64,000 bases of DNA, from NCBI GenBank assembly GCA_947478395.1, contig CANJVR010000001.1:288001-352000 (forward strand), read 5' to 3'. This stretch comes from Opitutia bacterium. GTDB lineage: Bacteria; Verrucomicrobiota; Verrucomicrobiia; Opitutales; Opitutaceae. The position numbers and the translations under genes are program-made. The notes beneath the pieces were generated by a model that did no database searches, was not told the origin of the DNA, and was given only the letters and a program-made list of their open reading frames with translations. Shown piece after piece: positions 1 to 9,521 of this stretch; the stretch's first letter is position 1, and each line of letters begins with the position of its first letter.

Positions 1-178
1 CGGTGGGCGCCGTCAGCGCAGAAAAAAAACCGATCACAAAGCAGCCGGCGACATTCACCAGCAGCGTACCCCAAGGGAAATGCTCGCCCCACTCCCGCGC
101 CACCCAGCCGGCGAGCGCGAACCGCGCGACGCTGCCCAACGCGCCACCGAGTGCGATCCAACCGTAGAGTGCGATCAT
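1..178 (-). CDS. crcB: Fluoride efflux channel CrcB/FluC (3' end outside window)
   Basis: Hand translation MIALYGWIALGGALGSVARFALAGW...FPWGTLLVNVAGCFVIGFF contains the GGALGS-x2-R and FPWGTL-x-VN CrcB motifs; not in the ORF track. Confidence 0.92.
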   Translation of the reverse strand, partial: MIALYGWIALGGALGSVARFALAGWVAREWGEHFPWGTLLVNVAGCFVIGFFSALTAPT

Positions 179-301
179 GGGAATGTGTGGCGGAGACAAT
201 GGATATTTTTCACCGGCTAAAGCTTCAAATCGCGTCCGGTTATCAGCCGGGATTTCAGCTTTGCGGTCCCATCCGCGACCCGCAATCTCCCGCGAATACT
301 T

Positions 302-1834
302 ATGAGCTCTTCCCCGGCTTCCCCGCTGCCCTCGGATCTTTCCCCCGTTCCCACCCTCTCGCCCCACGACACCGGCGGCCTCGGCGGTCACCCGCGTGGA
401 CTCACCAACCTTTTTTTCACCGAGATGTGGGAGCGCTTTTCCTATTACGGAATGCGCGCGCTGCTCACGCTATTCATGGTCGCGCCCGCCGCGGCCGGCG
501 GACTCGGGTACGACACAAAACGCGCCACGTTGATCTACGGCACGTACACGATGACCGTCTACATGCTGTCGATCCCGGGTGGGTTCCTGGCCGATAATTT
601 TCTCGGGGCGCGCGCATCGGTGCTTTACGGCGGCTTGGTCATCGCAGCCGGACATTTCACCTTAGCCCTGCAATCGGAGAGCGCCTTTTATCTCGGCCTC
701 GTGCTCATCGCGCTCGGCACCGGATTATTGAAGCCCAACATCAGCTCCATGGTCGGCAGTCTGTATGGCAACGGCGACCCGCGCCGCGACGCAGGCTTCT
801 CGATTTTCTACATGGGAATCAACCTCGGGGCTTTCAGCTCGCCGCTCCTCACCGGCTGGCTCGCGCAGAGCGACCAGTTCAAGGTCATGCTCACGGGCTG
901 GGGTCTCGACCCCAATCACTCGTGGCATTGGGGCTTCGCCGCCGCCGGCGTGGGGATGACCTGTGGCATCGTCATCTACATCCTGCAACTCGGCCGGCTC
1001 GCGCACGTCGGCCTCGCGCCCGCGCGGGACATTCCCCGGCCGTGGGGCAAATTGCTGGGCGTTCTCTTGGGGGCCGCGATTCTTTTCGCCCTCGTCCGGC
1101 TGTCCGACACCAACAAAAATTTCGCGTGGATCCGCTACGGTTATGTCGTGGTACCGGTGCTGGCGATCATTTGGCTGGGGCTAAAGGCCGACCTCGATAG
1201 CAAACGACTGGCCGCCGTCTTCGTGTTCGCCCTCGCGGCGATTATTTTCTGGGCGATCTTCGAACAGGCGGGCTCAACGATTTCCCTGTTCGGCGACCAA
1301 CTCACGAACTGCGAGTTTTTCGGCTATAAATTTCCCTCGGCCTGGTTCCAGTCGGTCAATTCCCTCTTCGTGATATTGCTCGCACCGCTGTTCGCCTGGC
1401 TCTGGGTGCGAATGGGCGACCGGCAGCCTTCCGCTCCGATCAAATTCACCCTTGGCCTCGTGTTTCTTGGCCTCTCGTTCGTGCTGATGGTGCCAGCCGC
1501 CAAACTCACGGTCGACGGCAAGGTTAGTCCGTTGTGGATCGTCGGCCTCTTTTTTCTGCAAACCGTGGGCGAGCTGATGCTGAGTCCGGTCGGCCTCTCG
1601 ACGATGACCAAACTCGCGCCGGCCAAGCTACTCGGTCTCGTCATGGGCATCTGGTTTCTCGCTGCGGCCTTGGGAAACAAACTGGCCGGCGTACTCGCCG
1701 CGGAGTTTACCTCCACCGACGGCAACGCCCTCGCCCACTTTTTTCTCGTCCAAGCCGCCTGGGTCGGGGTCGCCACCCTCGTGTTGCTCGCTTTCGCACC
1801 CTGGGTGAAAAAATTGATGGGCGGCGTGAAATAA
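302..1834 (+). CDS. POT/PTR family proton-dependent oligopeptide transporter (MFS)
   Basis: EMWERFSYYGM motif, GGFLADNFLG, FYMGINLG; many TM segments. Confidence 0.95.
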   Translation: MSSSPASPLPSDLSPVPTLSPHDTGGLGGHPRGLTNLFFTEMWERFSYYGMRALLTLFMVAPAAAGGLGYDTKRATLIYGTYTMTVYMLSIPGGFLADNFLGARASVLYGGLVIAAGHFTLALQSESAFYLGLVLIALGTGLLKPNISSMVGSLYGNGDPRRDAGFSIFYMGINLGAFSSPLLTGWLAQSDQFKVMLTGWGLDPNHSWHWGFAAAGVGMTCGIVIYILQLGRLAHVGLAPARDIPRPWGKLLGVLLGAAILFALVRLSDTNKNFAWIRYGYVVVPVLAIIWLGLKADLDSKRLAAVFVFALAAIIFWAIFEQAGSTISLFGDQLTNCEFFGYKFPSAWFQSVNSLFVILLAPLFAWLWVRMGDRQPSAPIKFTLGLVFLGLSFVLMVPAAKLTVDGKVSPLWIVGLFFLQTVGELMLSPVGLSTMTKLAPAKLLGLVMGIWFLAAALGNKLAGVLAAEFTSTDGNALAHFFLVQAAWVGVATLVLLAFAPWVKKLMGGVK

Positions 1835-1844
1835 CCTCTAGCCC

Positions 1845-2462
1845 ATGCCTGTCCGCACCTGGTTTCCCACTCAGATTTATTGCGAGCCGCTTCAGCCCAC
1901 GGGTCTGGAGAAGCTCAACGCGAGCCTCCGCGAGGAATGTCGTCAGTTGCGTGAATTCGACACCGCCGGCCGGCGGTGGTCGGAGAAAAATTATCCGGGC
2001 GGGTACACGAGCTACGCCTCGATGAACGAGCTGCACCGTTTCTCCAGCACGTTCACCGTGCTGGAAAAGAAGCTGCTGCGGCACGCACGCGCGTTCGCCA
2101 AAACGCTCGAACTGGATTTGCGCGGACGCAAAATTTTCATGACCGACTGTTGGGTGAACATCATGCCGCCGGCCGCAGCGCATTCCCTGCACTTGCACCC
2201 GCTCGCGTTTATCAGCGGCACGTACTACGTCGCGACGCCCGAAGGTTGTCCCGGTTTGAAATTCGAAGATCCGCGCCTCGATCGATTCATGGCCGCACCG
2301 CCACGTCGCACTGATGCGAAGCCGATGCACCGGGCCCATATCACCTATCCCGCGGTCGCCGGTAACGTGATTCTCTTCGAGAGCTGGCTGCGCCACGAGG
2401 TAGTGGCCAATCGCGTGGACGCAGAGCGTATCAGTATCAGTTTCAATTTTAATTGGAGCTGA
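1845..2462 (+). CDS. TIGR02466 family putative 2OG-Fe(II) oxygenase
   Basis: WVNIM...HSLHLHP...ISGTYYV...FESWLRHEV...RISISFN. Confidence 0.88.
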   Translation: MPVRTWFPTQIYCEPLQPTGLEKLNASLREECRQLREFDTAGRRWSEKNYPGGYTSYASMNELHRFSSTFTVLEKKLLRHARAFAKTLELDLRGRKIFMTDCWVNIMPPAAAHSLHLHPLAFISGTYYVATPEGCPGLKFEDPRLDRFMAAPPRRTDAKPMHRAHITYPAVAGNVILFESWLRHEVVANRVDAERISISFNFNWS

Positions 2463-2500
2463 GCGGTGGCAAATCCCGCCCTGGCGTCTACTCTTCGCGC

Positions 2501-2707
2501 ATGATCGTCATTCGCCGCATGGTCGACCGAGAGCGGGCCTATACTGCGATTTTCCTACCGGGAGAACCCGCGAAGATTTTCCCCACCACGGACTACGAGC
2601 ACGCCCGCATTCTCCAAATCTACAAACAGGACCGGCTGCACGCGGGCATCCACAACGACTTTACCGACCTCAATTTCGACGAGCTCCGCCGGCTTTCATC
2701 ATCCTGA
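2501..2707 (+). CDS. Small hypothetical protein (68 aa)
   Basis: ATG at 2501, protein-like composition (MIVIRRMVDRERAYTAIFLPGE...), co-oriented with upstream genes. Confidence 0.6.
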   Translation: MIVIRRMVDRERAYTAIFLPGEPAKIFPTTDYEHARILQIYKQDRLHAGIHNDFTDLNFDELRRLSSS

Positions 2708-3184
2708 AAAGAAAACCCGCTGCAGGGTCAGCTGCGGCATGAACACGTCTGCTCCGGGTTACCCCGCGGCTCGCTCGGAGTGACGTCAACGACTTCGGCC
2801 GGACAGCGCCGATGCTTCGATGGCTCGACCACCGCGACCTGCGTCGAAGCCGGCTCACCGGTTACCACGGACACGCTGCGGACCACCGTCCCTGGAATTG
2901 AAATGGCCCTGAATGCAGGGCCGTAGGCAACGGGACGGAAAATCCGATGCATGGGCCAAACTGACACCGGCCACCGCCAGCGAAATAGACCCGCGCAGGA
3001 TTTAGGCTTTCATGTCACCTCGCACGAGTCGGACCGGGCGCGGACGTTTATTATTTCTGCACGAAGGCGCTAAGTTTTATCCTGGAAGTTTTTCAGGGCA
3101 TTTCGCCGGCCGCTGTGCAGTGGGCAATGACGTCGATTAACTTCCGACTTCCTCCCTGCCGTTCGCCCAGACTAACCTTGAGGC

Positions 3185-3613
3185 GTGTCCCCGCCCGCGC
3201 ACCCCGAACCCGAGCTGAAGCGCCGTAGCTTCAAAAACTTTCTGTCCTCGGTGCGATATTCCATCGAAGGTTTTTTTGCCGCGCTAAAACACGAGCCTTC
3301 ATTCCGGGAAGATCTGATCTTTGCCGTTCTGCTCGTACCGCTCGCCATCGTCCTGCCCGTAAACGCCGTTTCTACCGCGCTGATGATCGCGTCGCTCATT
3401 CTCATTCTGATCGTCGAGTTGCTCAACTCCGCCATCGAATGGGTCATCGATTACATCCGCCCGGAAATCCATCCGCTCGCAAAACGCATTAAAGATATGG
3501 CCAGCGCCGCGGTCTTCCTGAGCTACATCAACTGCATCGTCGTCTGGGTGATCCTGCTTTGGCCCGACAACAAAGTCTGGCATCGGATCGGCGAAATGCT
3601 GCTCACCCGATAA
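3185..3613 (+). CDS. dgkA: Diacylglycerol kinase
   Basis: YSIEG...EPSFR, VELLNSAIE, HPLAKRIKDMASAAV. Confidence 0.93.
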   Translation: MSPPAHPEPELKRRSFKNFLSSVRYSIEGFFAALKHEPSFREDLIFAVLLVPLAIVLPVNAVSTALMIASLILILIVELLNSAIEWVIDYIRPEIHPLAKRIKDMASAAVFLSYINCIVVWVILLWPDNKVWHRIGEMLLTR

Positions 3614-3633
3614 GTCACAGCCACCGCGCGCCG

Positions 3634-4749
3634 TCACCTCATCCGCGCGAAAAACCAACCGGCCAACGCCGTCATTCCGATGTTCGGCAGCCAGGCCGCG
3701 ACCGCCGGTTCCAATAGCTGTTTTGTCGCCAGCGAACCCGCGATGTTGGCCAGCACGTAGTAGAGGAAAAACAATCCGATCGACTTCGACACGCCGACGG
3801 CCGGGTTCACCCGCACGCCGGCCACCGCGAAGGGAATCGCGATCGCGATGACGATCAGCGGGCCGAGCGTATCCGCGATCAGGCTAAAATAGCGCACTGC
3901 GTACGGGACGCCCTTGGGATTCCGTTCCGCCTCGAAATAGTCGATCAAGCGGGAGAGTTCGTGAAACGAAAGATCGATGGGCCGCCGGTCGACCAAAAGC
4001 ATCAGCTCCGGGTCCTCCGAAAATTTCCCCTCAAAGCGATCTTCAAACGGAGTCGACGCCAGGTTCTCGCCGGTTTCCGGGGCAAACGTCATCAAACGTC
4101 CCCGCTTAAAGATCCATCCTCGGCGTTCCCGATCGAACCAAGCCTCCGCCGCCAATAGGCGCGTCGTTTCCCGTCGCTTGGCATCGAGCTGGGAAACCGA
4201 CACCCCGTAACCGTGATCCGTGAACTTGCTGAAGCGGTTGAAAAACCACATCCGCCGTGCCCCGGTATTATCGAAGGCCACGGCCCCGGTGGCGCCGATG
4301 CGATCAGGCGGGAGCGAGCCTTTCGATTCGTGACCGAATTTTAGCTGTTCCTCCATGGCTTGCGAACGCTCAACCGAGGTCGGCACGATGTCGGTGTTGA
4401 GCCACCAGGAAAGCCCGCAACAGCCCAGTCCCACGATCCAGATCGGAGCCATCAAGCGGCCATAGCCCACGCCGGCGGCGCGCATGGCCGTGAGTTCGTT
4501 GGCCCGCTGTAGCTTGCCGAGGGTGAATAGAACCGAAACGAGCAGCGCAAACGGCAGCGCCACCGCCAAAAAACTAGGCAACGTCACCGCGACGTACTCC
4601 CAAAGCACCACGCCACGCGCGCCGTTGTCACGTAGCACTTGGAACTTATCGTACAGGACCTGAACCACCAGCAAGCCACAGGTCGCCAGCAGGACAAACG
4701 CGAGAATTTGCAGCCACTCGCGCAACAGATGCCGGTCGAACGTGTTCAC
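3634..4749 (-). CDS. LptF/LptG family LPS export permease
   Basis: GTG start (NTFDRHLLRE), NELTAMRAAGVG motif, C-terminal AAWLPN. Confidence 0.9.
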   Translation of the reverse strand: MNTFDRHLLREWLQILAFVLLATCGLLVVQVLYDKFQVLRDNGARGVVLWEYVAVTLPSFLAVALPFALLVSVLFTLGKLQRANELTAMRAAGVGYGRLMAPIWIVGLGCCGLSWWLNTDIVPTSVERSQAMEEQLKFGHESKGSLPPDRIGATGAVAFDNTGARRMWFFNRFSKFTDHGYGVSVSQLDAKRRETTRLLAAEAWFDRERRGWIFKRGRLMTFAPETGENLASTPFEDRFEGKFSEDPELMLLVDRRPIDLSFHELSRLIDYFEAERNPKGVPYAVRYFSLIADTLGPLIVIAIAIPFAVAGVRVNPAVGVSKSIGLFFLYYVLANIAGSLATKQLLEPAVAAWLPNIGMTALAGWFFARMR

Positions 4750-4909
4750 TGGCCCCGAGCAAGCCGCCTCGCGCAAACAGGGCAATTTATTTGTGGTCGC
4801 GTATCGATCCCATCGCTGACGCGCCGGATGTTTTATCATCGCCGTCACAGATTGGTTGAAAACCTGCTGCCCGTTGCGTTGTCTGCCGCGCACCCAAGCC
4901 GCTATTCTT

Positions 4910-6088
4910 ATGCAATCTCTTCGTCCGTTGACTTTTCACGCCGCCGTTCTCGGAGCGGTTCAATCGGCCGCACTGGCCTGCCTTTTTGCCTCCCTATTTT
5001 CAGGCTGCTCAAAAACAAATTCTCCGGACCAGGCCATCAAAATTGGTGAAGTCGCCTCGCTCACCGGGAAGGAGGCCGCGTTCGGCCAATCCTCGCACAA
5101 AGGCACCCTCCTCGCGATTGAGGAAATCAATGCCGGGGCGGGCGCCCTGGGGCGCAAACTCGAACTCATCGCGGAGGACAATCAATCCAAGCAGGGCGAG
5201 TCGGCCACGATCACGAAGAAATTGTTGTCCCGCGACAAGGTCGTGGCCCTCCTCGGCGAAGTGGCGTCGAGCCGCTCCTTGGAAATGGCGCCCATTGCCC
5301 AGGCGGCCAAAATTCCGATGATTTCGCCCTCTTCGACCAACCCCAAGGTCACCGAGATCGGCGATTATATCTTCCGTGTCTGCTTCATCGATCCGTTCCA
5401 GGGCACCGTCATGGCCAAGTTCGCCTTGGGCACACTCAAGGCGAAGAAGGTCGCGTTGCTCACGTCTGTTTCCTCCGCGTACAGTGTGGGTCTCGCCAAA
5501 TATTTCAAAGAGACGTTTATCGCCGACGGCGGCACGGTCGCGATCGAGCAAAAGTTCTCCGAGGGCGACAAGGATTTCAAGGCCCAGCTCACGGCCATCA
5601 AAGCCGCCGGCGTCGATGCCATCTTCGTTCCCGGCTACTACACCGAAGCGGCGCTCGTTTCCAAACAAGCCCGGGAGCTTGGCCTCTCCATTCCACTCTT
5701 CGGCGGCGATGGCTGGGAAGCACCGCAACTCATCGAGATCGGCGGAAAGGCCGTCGAGGGCACGTACTACTCCACCCATTACTCTCCGGAAAACAAAACC
5801 CCCGCCGTCGCCGCATTCGTCAAAAAATTTCAGGCCCGTTGGGGCGGCGAAACGCCCGATGCCATGGCCGCCCTCGGCTACGATTCCGCGCTGGTGCTCG
5901 TCGACGCGCTCAAACGCGCTGGCTCAACCGATAGCGAAAAACTCCGCGCTGCCATCGCCGCGACGAAGGGTTTCGAGGGCGTCACCGGCAAAACCAACAT
6001 CGACGCCCAGCGCAATGCCTCGAAATCCGCCGTCATCATCACGGTCAAGGATGGCAGCTTTAAATTCCTCCAGGAAGTCGCGCCGTAG
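4910..6088 (+). CDS. livK: Branched-chain amino acid ABC transporter substrate-binding lipoprotein
   Basis: Lipobox-like LFSGC; IKIGEVASLTG, YIFRVCFIDPFQG, GGDGW; first gene of the liv operon. Confidence 0.9.
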   Translation: MQSLRPLTFHAAVLGAVQSAALACLFASLFSGCSKTNSPDQAIKIGEVASLTGKEAAFGQSSHKGTLLAIEEINAGAGALGRKLELIAEDNQSKQGESATITKKLLSRDKVVALLGEVASSRSLEMAPIAQAAKIPMISPSSTNPKVTEIGDYIFRVCFIDPFQGTVMAKFALGTLKAKKVALLTSVSSAYSVGLAKYFKETFIADGGTVAIEQKFSEGDKDFKAQLTAIKAAGVDAIFVPGYYTEAALVSKQARELGLSIPLFGGDGWEAPQLIEIGGKAVEGTYYSTHYSPENKTPAVAAFVKKFQARWGGETPDAMAALGYDSALVLVDALKRAGSTDSEKLRAAIAATKGFEGVTGKTNIDAQRNASKSAVIITVKDGSFKFLQEVAP

Positions 6089-6093
6089 GGCGC

Positions 6094-6128
6094 CACGGCC
6101 GAGAGCCCAGCGTGGAGAGCCCAGAGCC
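6094..6128 (+). repeat. Heptamer tandem repeats, left arm (cacggcc gagagcc cagcgtg gagagcc cagagcc)
   Basis: 7-nt periodicity with consensus xAGAGCC, immediately upstream of the four-helix-bundle gene. Confidence 0.75.
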
Positions 6129-6142
6129 AACCCCTTACCAAC

Positions 6143-6490
6143 GTGTTTAAGTTCGAAAAGCTCGCGGTCTGGCAGAAAGCGATCGTTTTCTCCGAAAACG
6201 TTTACACAAAATCGAAGCCGTCTCCCATGGAAGAACGCTTCGGGCTGACCAACCAAATCCGACGCGCCGTGGTTTCCGTTCCATCAAACATTGCGGAAGG
6301 CTCCGTCCGTCCCGATCCCGATTTCAATCGGTTTCTCGGGATCGCCGCTGGTTCGCTTTACGAGGTCGTGACTCAGTCCTTCGCGGCAAAGCGCCCAGGC
6401 TTCCTCCACGAAACCGACTTCGCAGAAATTTACTCTTCGGCGGAGGAGATCAGCGGCATGTTAAGCGGACTCCGTAGTTCTCTCGGCTAA
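6143..6490 (+). CDS. Four helix bundle protein (TIGR02436 / 23S rRNA-IVP / Avd-like fold)
   Basis: FEKLAVWQKA...EERFGLTNQIRRA-x-VSVPSNIAEG...FL-x-IA-x-GSL-x-E signature. Confidence 0.92.
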   Translation: MFKFEKLAVWQKAIVFSENVYTKSKPSPMEERFGLTNQIRRAVVSVPSNIAEGSVRPDPDFNRFLGIAAGSLYEVVTQSFAAKRPGFLHETDFAEIYSSAEEISGMLSGLRSSLG

Positions 6491-6492
6491 TT

Positions 6493-6520
6493 CGCTCTAG
6501 ACTCTCGGCTCTACGCTTTC
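6493..6520 (-). repeat. Heptamer tandem repeats, right arm in inverted orientation (revcomp gaaagcg tagagcc gagagtc tagagcg)
   Basis: Reverse complement matches the xAGAGCx units of the left arm. Confidence 0.75.
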
Positions 6521-6525
6521 CTCCC

Positions 6526-7416
6526 TTGTCCGAATTTCTCCAGCAGCTCCTCAACGGTCTATCTCTGGGCGCAATCTACGCGCTCATCGCGCTAGGCTAC
6601 ACGATGGTCTACGGGGTGCTGCGGTTTATTAACTTCGCCCACTCCGATGTTTTCATGGTTGGCGCATTCATCGGCTATTACCTCGGTAAGCTCGTGCCGG
6701 AGGGCACACTGTGGGGCGGGTTGGCGGTTCTGGCCGGCGCGATGCTAGGCTGCGCCGTTCTCGGTATAATCATCGAACGCTTGGTTTATCGGCCCCTGCG
6801 CGGCGGCCCCACCCTGAATGTCCTGATCACCGCCATCGGCGTGTCGCTCCTGCTGGAGTACACGGGGCAGATCGTGTTCGGCGCCGCGCCGCGCACGTTT
6901 CCCGCGATCTTTCCGGCGACGGCGGTTCACCTTGGGACGCTGACGATTTCAAGCAATCAGCTCTTTGTCATCGGCGTCGCGTTGGCGCTCATGATCGCCC
7001 TGCAATTGATCGTATTCAAAACGAAGATCGGCACCGCGATGCGGGCCGTGTCGCTCAACCCAAAGGCGGCCCAACTCGTCGGCGTGAACAACAACGTGAT
7101 CATCTCGTTCACCTTCGGTCTCGGCTCCGCCCTCGCTGCGGCCGGGGGCATTCTCTACGCGCTCAACTATCCGTCGATCGATCCTCTGATGGGCGTGATG
7201 CCCGGCCTCAAGGCGTTCGTCGCCGCCATCCTCGGTGGCATCGGCAACATCCCCGGCGCGGCCCTCGGCGGGTTGCTGCTCGGCATCGTCGAAACCTTCG
7301 TCGCGGGCAGCCAGTTTTCCACCTACAAAGACGCCATCGCCTTCGCGATTCTCATTATGATCCTGCTTTTCAAACCGGCTGGACTCCTCGGGAAATTCAC
7401 CGTGGAAAAGGTGTGA
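6526..7416 (+). CDS. livH: Branched-chain amino acid ABC permease
   Basis: QQLLNGLSLGAIYALIALGYTMVYG, GLKAFVAAILGGIG. Confidence 0.93.
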   Translation: MSEFLQQLLNGLSLGAIYALIALGYTMVYGVLRFINFAHSDVFMVGAFIGYYLGKLVPEGTLWGGLAVLAGAMLGCAVLGIIIERLVYRPLRGGPTLNVLITAIGVSLLLEYTGQIVFGAAPRTFPAIFPATAVHLGTLTISSNQLFVIGVALALMIALQLIVFKTKIGTAMRAVSLNPKAAQLVGVNNNVIISFTFGLGSALAAAGGILYALNYPSIDPLMGVMPGLKAFVAAILGGIGNIPGAALGGLLLGIVETFVAGSQFSTYKDAIAFAILIMILLFKPAGLLGKFTVEKV

Positions 7417-7453
7417 GCCCGATCATCGATCCCGGTTACCCTCTCTTCTCCCC

Positions 7454-8398
7454 GTGCCGCGTCCACACCTCTATTTGCTCGCCGCACTGGTCGCCGCCTT
7501 TGGCTTTTCCCATTTTTCCGACCACGTCGATCCGTACCACCTGGACGTGCTCACGGGCGTCGGAATCAATGTCATTCTCGCGGTTTCGCTCAATCTAGTT
7601 AACGGCTACACGGGCCAGTTTTCACTCGGGCACGCCGGCTTCATGTCGGTCGGCGCCTACCTCGCCGCCGCCGTTTCCGTTTTTCTCGGCCCCAAACTCC
7701 TCGGCCCTCAAGGCGGCTCCGCCCTCGCGCAAAACACGCTGTTCCTTGGCGCCTTGATCGCGGGTGGACTCAGCGCTGCGTTCACCGGCCTGCTTGTGGG
7801 CGTGCCTTCGCTCCGGCTCAAGGGCGACTACCTCGCCCTCGTCACCCTTGGCTTCGGCGAAATTATCCGCGTCGTCTTTCAAAATTTTGAGCCCCTTGGC
7901 GGCGCGCTCGGCCTCAATGGCATCCCCGCTTATACGTCCATTTTCTGGGTTCTAGCGTTCGCAGCTCTCGCCATTTTCGTCGTGCTCTGTCTCGTGCACT
8001 CGACCTATGGACGCGGGTTCATCGCGACCCACGACGACGAGATCGCATCCGAGGCCGTCGGCCTCGATACCACCCGCTACAAAATCGTCGCCTTTGTCAT
8101 CGGCGCTTTTTTCGCCGGAATCGCCGGCGGTCTTTACGGTCACTTCAAACTCACCATCACCCCGACCGGTTTTGATTTCACCAAAAGCATCGAGATCGTC
8201 GTCATGGTTATTCTCGGGGGGATGGGCAATACCGTGGGCGTCATCCTCGCCGCCATTCTGCTCACGCTGCTGCCTGAACTGCTCCGGCCAATCGCCGAAT
8301 ATCGCATGGTCATTTATTCCCTGCTCCTGATCGGCCTGATGCTGATCCGCCCGCAGGGTCTCTTTAATTTCCGTCCGCTTTCGGCCAAAAAAACCTAG
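7454..8398 (+). CDS. livM: Branched-chain amino acid ABC permease
   Basis: GYTGQFSLGHAGF, LRLKGDYLALVTLGFGEIIR. Confidence 0.93.
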   Translation: MPRPHLYLLAALVAAFGFSHFSDHVDPYHLDVLTGVGINVILAVSLNLVNGYTGQFSLGHAGFMSVGAYLAAAVSVFLGPKLLGPQGGSALAQNTLFLGALIAGGLSAAFTGLLVGVPSLRLKGDYLALVTLGFGEIIRVVFQNFEPLGGALGLNGIPAYTSIFWVLAFAALAIFVVLCLVHSTYGRGFIATHDDEIASEAVGLDTTRYKIVAFVIGAFFAGIAGGLYGHFKLTITPTGFDFTKSIEIVVMVILGGMGNTVGVILAAILLTLLPELLRPIAEYRMVIYSLLLIGLMLIRPQGLFNFRPLSAKKT

Positions 8399-8402
8399 CG
8401 CC

Positions 8403-8594
8403 GTGAATTTCCCCGAAGAAAAAATGCGATGGCAAAGATCGCCGTCGCCGTGGATGGATTTCGGCGCGTATTTTTTTGGGCCGCTCGTCGCTACGGCCAT
8501 CGTCGCGCCCTATTTTCGGGCGCAGCTTGAGCCGCTCGCCTTTGCCGGCGGCCAGGGGATTCCCGCCGCCTTCGCACTGGTCAACCCGCCATGA
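8403..8594 (+). CDS. Small orphan ORF between livM and livG
   Basis: GTG start 4 nt after the livM stop; its stop overlaps the livG ATG (ATGA); one hydrophobic stretch. Confidence 0.35.
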   Translation: MNFPEEKMRWQRSPSPWMDFGAYFFGPLVATAIVAPYFRAQLEPLAFAGGQGIPAAFALVNPP

Positions 8595-9382
8595 CGCCTC
8601 CCCTCCTCCAGCTGGACCGCGCGACCCTCCGTTTCGGCGGCCTGACCGCCGTCAACGCTTTCGATTTTTCCATCCACGAAGGCGAACTCTGCGGTCTCAT
8701 TGGCCCGAACGGCGCCGGCAAAACCACGGTGTTCAATCTCATCACCGGCGTCTATCAACCCAGCGACGGCGGCATCGCTTTCGCCGGCGCGCCGCTGGCC
8801 AGTCTCGGCGTCAACCAGATCGCCGCCCTCGGCATTGCCCGCACGTTTCAAAACATCCGGCTCTTCGGCTCGCTCTCAGTTTTCGATAACGTGCGCGTCG
8901 CCTGTAACCTCCACCGCAACACCGGGCCGCTTCAAGCCCTCGTTCGCACCGCCGCGTTTCGCGACGACGAAGCAGCCATCACCCGGCGCGTCGAGGAACT
9001 CCTCGATATTTTCAACCTCCGCCGTTTCTGCGACGCGCCCGCCAAGAGCCTGCCCTACGGCGAGCAGCGCCGGCTGGAGATCGTCCGCTGTCTCGCGACG
9101 AAACCGAAGCTCCTCCTGCTCGACGAACCCGCCGCCGGCATGAATCCGGTGGAGAAAATCGAACTCGTGCGCCTGATTCAACAGGTGCAGCAACAGTTCA
9201 ATCTCTCGATTCTCCTGGTGGAGCATTCGATGAAAGTCGTCATGGGCGTCTGCCAGCGGATCGCCGTTCTCGATTACGGGGTGAAAATTGCCGAGGGCAC
9301 GCCCGCCCAAATCCAAAGCGACCGCACCGTCATCGAAGCCTACCTCGGGGAAGATCACCACAAGTCCCTCGCGCATCACTGA
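8591..9382 (+). CDS. livG: Branched-chain amino acid ABC ATP-binding protein
   Basis: GPNGAGKTT, ARTFQNIRLF, LPYGEQRRLEI, LLLDEPAAG. Confidence 0.94.
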   Translation: MTPPLLQLDRATLRFGGLTAVNAFDFSIHEGELCGLIGPNGAGKTTVFNLITGVYQPSDGGIAFAGAPLASLGVNQIAALGIARTFQNIRLFGSLSVFDNVRVACNLHRNTGPLQALVRTAAFRDDEAAITRRVEELLDIFNLRRFCDAPAKSLPYGEQRRLEIVRCLATKPKLLLLDEPAAGMNPVEKIELVRLIQQVQQQFNLSILLVEHSMKVVMGVCQRIAVLDYGVKIAEGTPAQIQSDRTVIEAYLGEDHHKSLAHH

Positions 9383-9385
9383 CCG

Positions 9386-9517
9386 GAATGCCGGATAACG
9401 AAAAACGAATGCGCCATGCCTAATGCCCACTTTCTTCGGACCCTCACCCAAGACGCGGGCTAAAGCCGCGCGCTAACTCCACCCCGTTCCTCATTGGGAA
9501 TTAGGCCTCCGTCATTT
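9386..9517. repeat. Spacer with inverted heptamer-repeat arms (AATG-type) and no cargo gene
   Basis: Left units gaatgcc ggataac gaaaaac gaatgcg ccatgcc taatgcc (9386-9427); right units ctcattg ggaatta ggcctcc gtcattt (9490-9517). Confidence 0.6.
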
Positions 9518-9521
9518 TTTC

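Noticed and set aside
179..301. Fluoride riboswitch upstream of crcB
   Set aside because: Only a GCTGATAAC-like fragment is present; the complementary GATGGAGTTC/GACTCC-type pseudoknot pairing could not be found
6143..6490. Diversity-generating retroelement (Avd-like gene) or rRNA intervening sequence
   Set aside because: No reverse transcriptase, no TR/VR pair and no rRNA gene in the window
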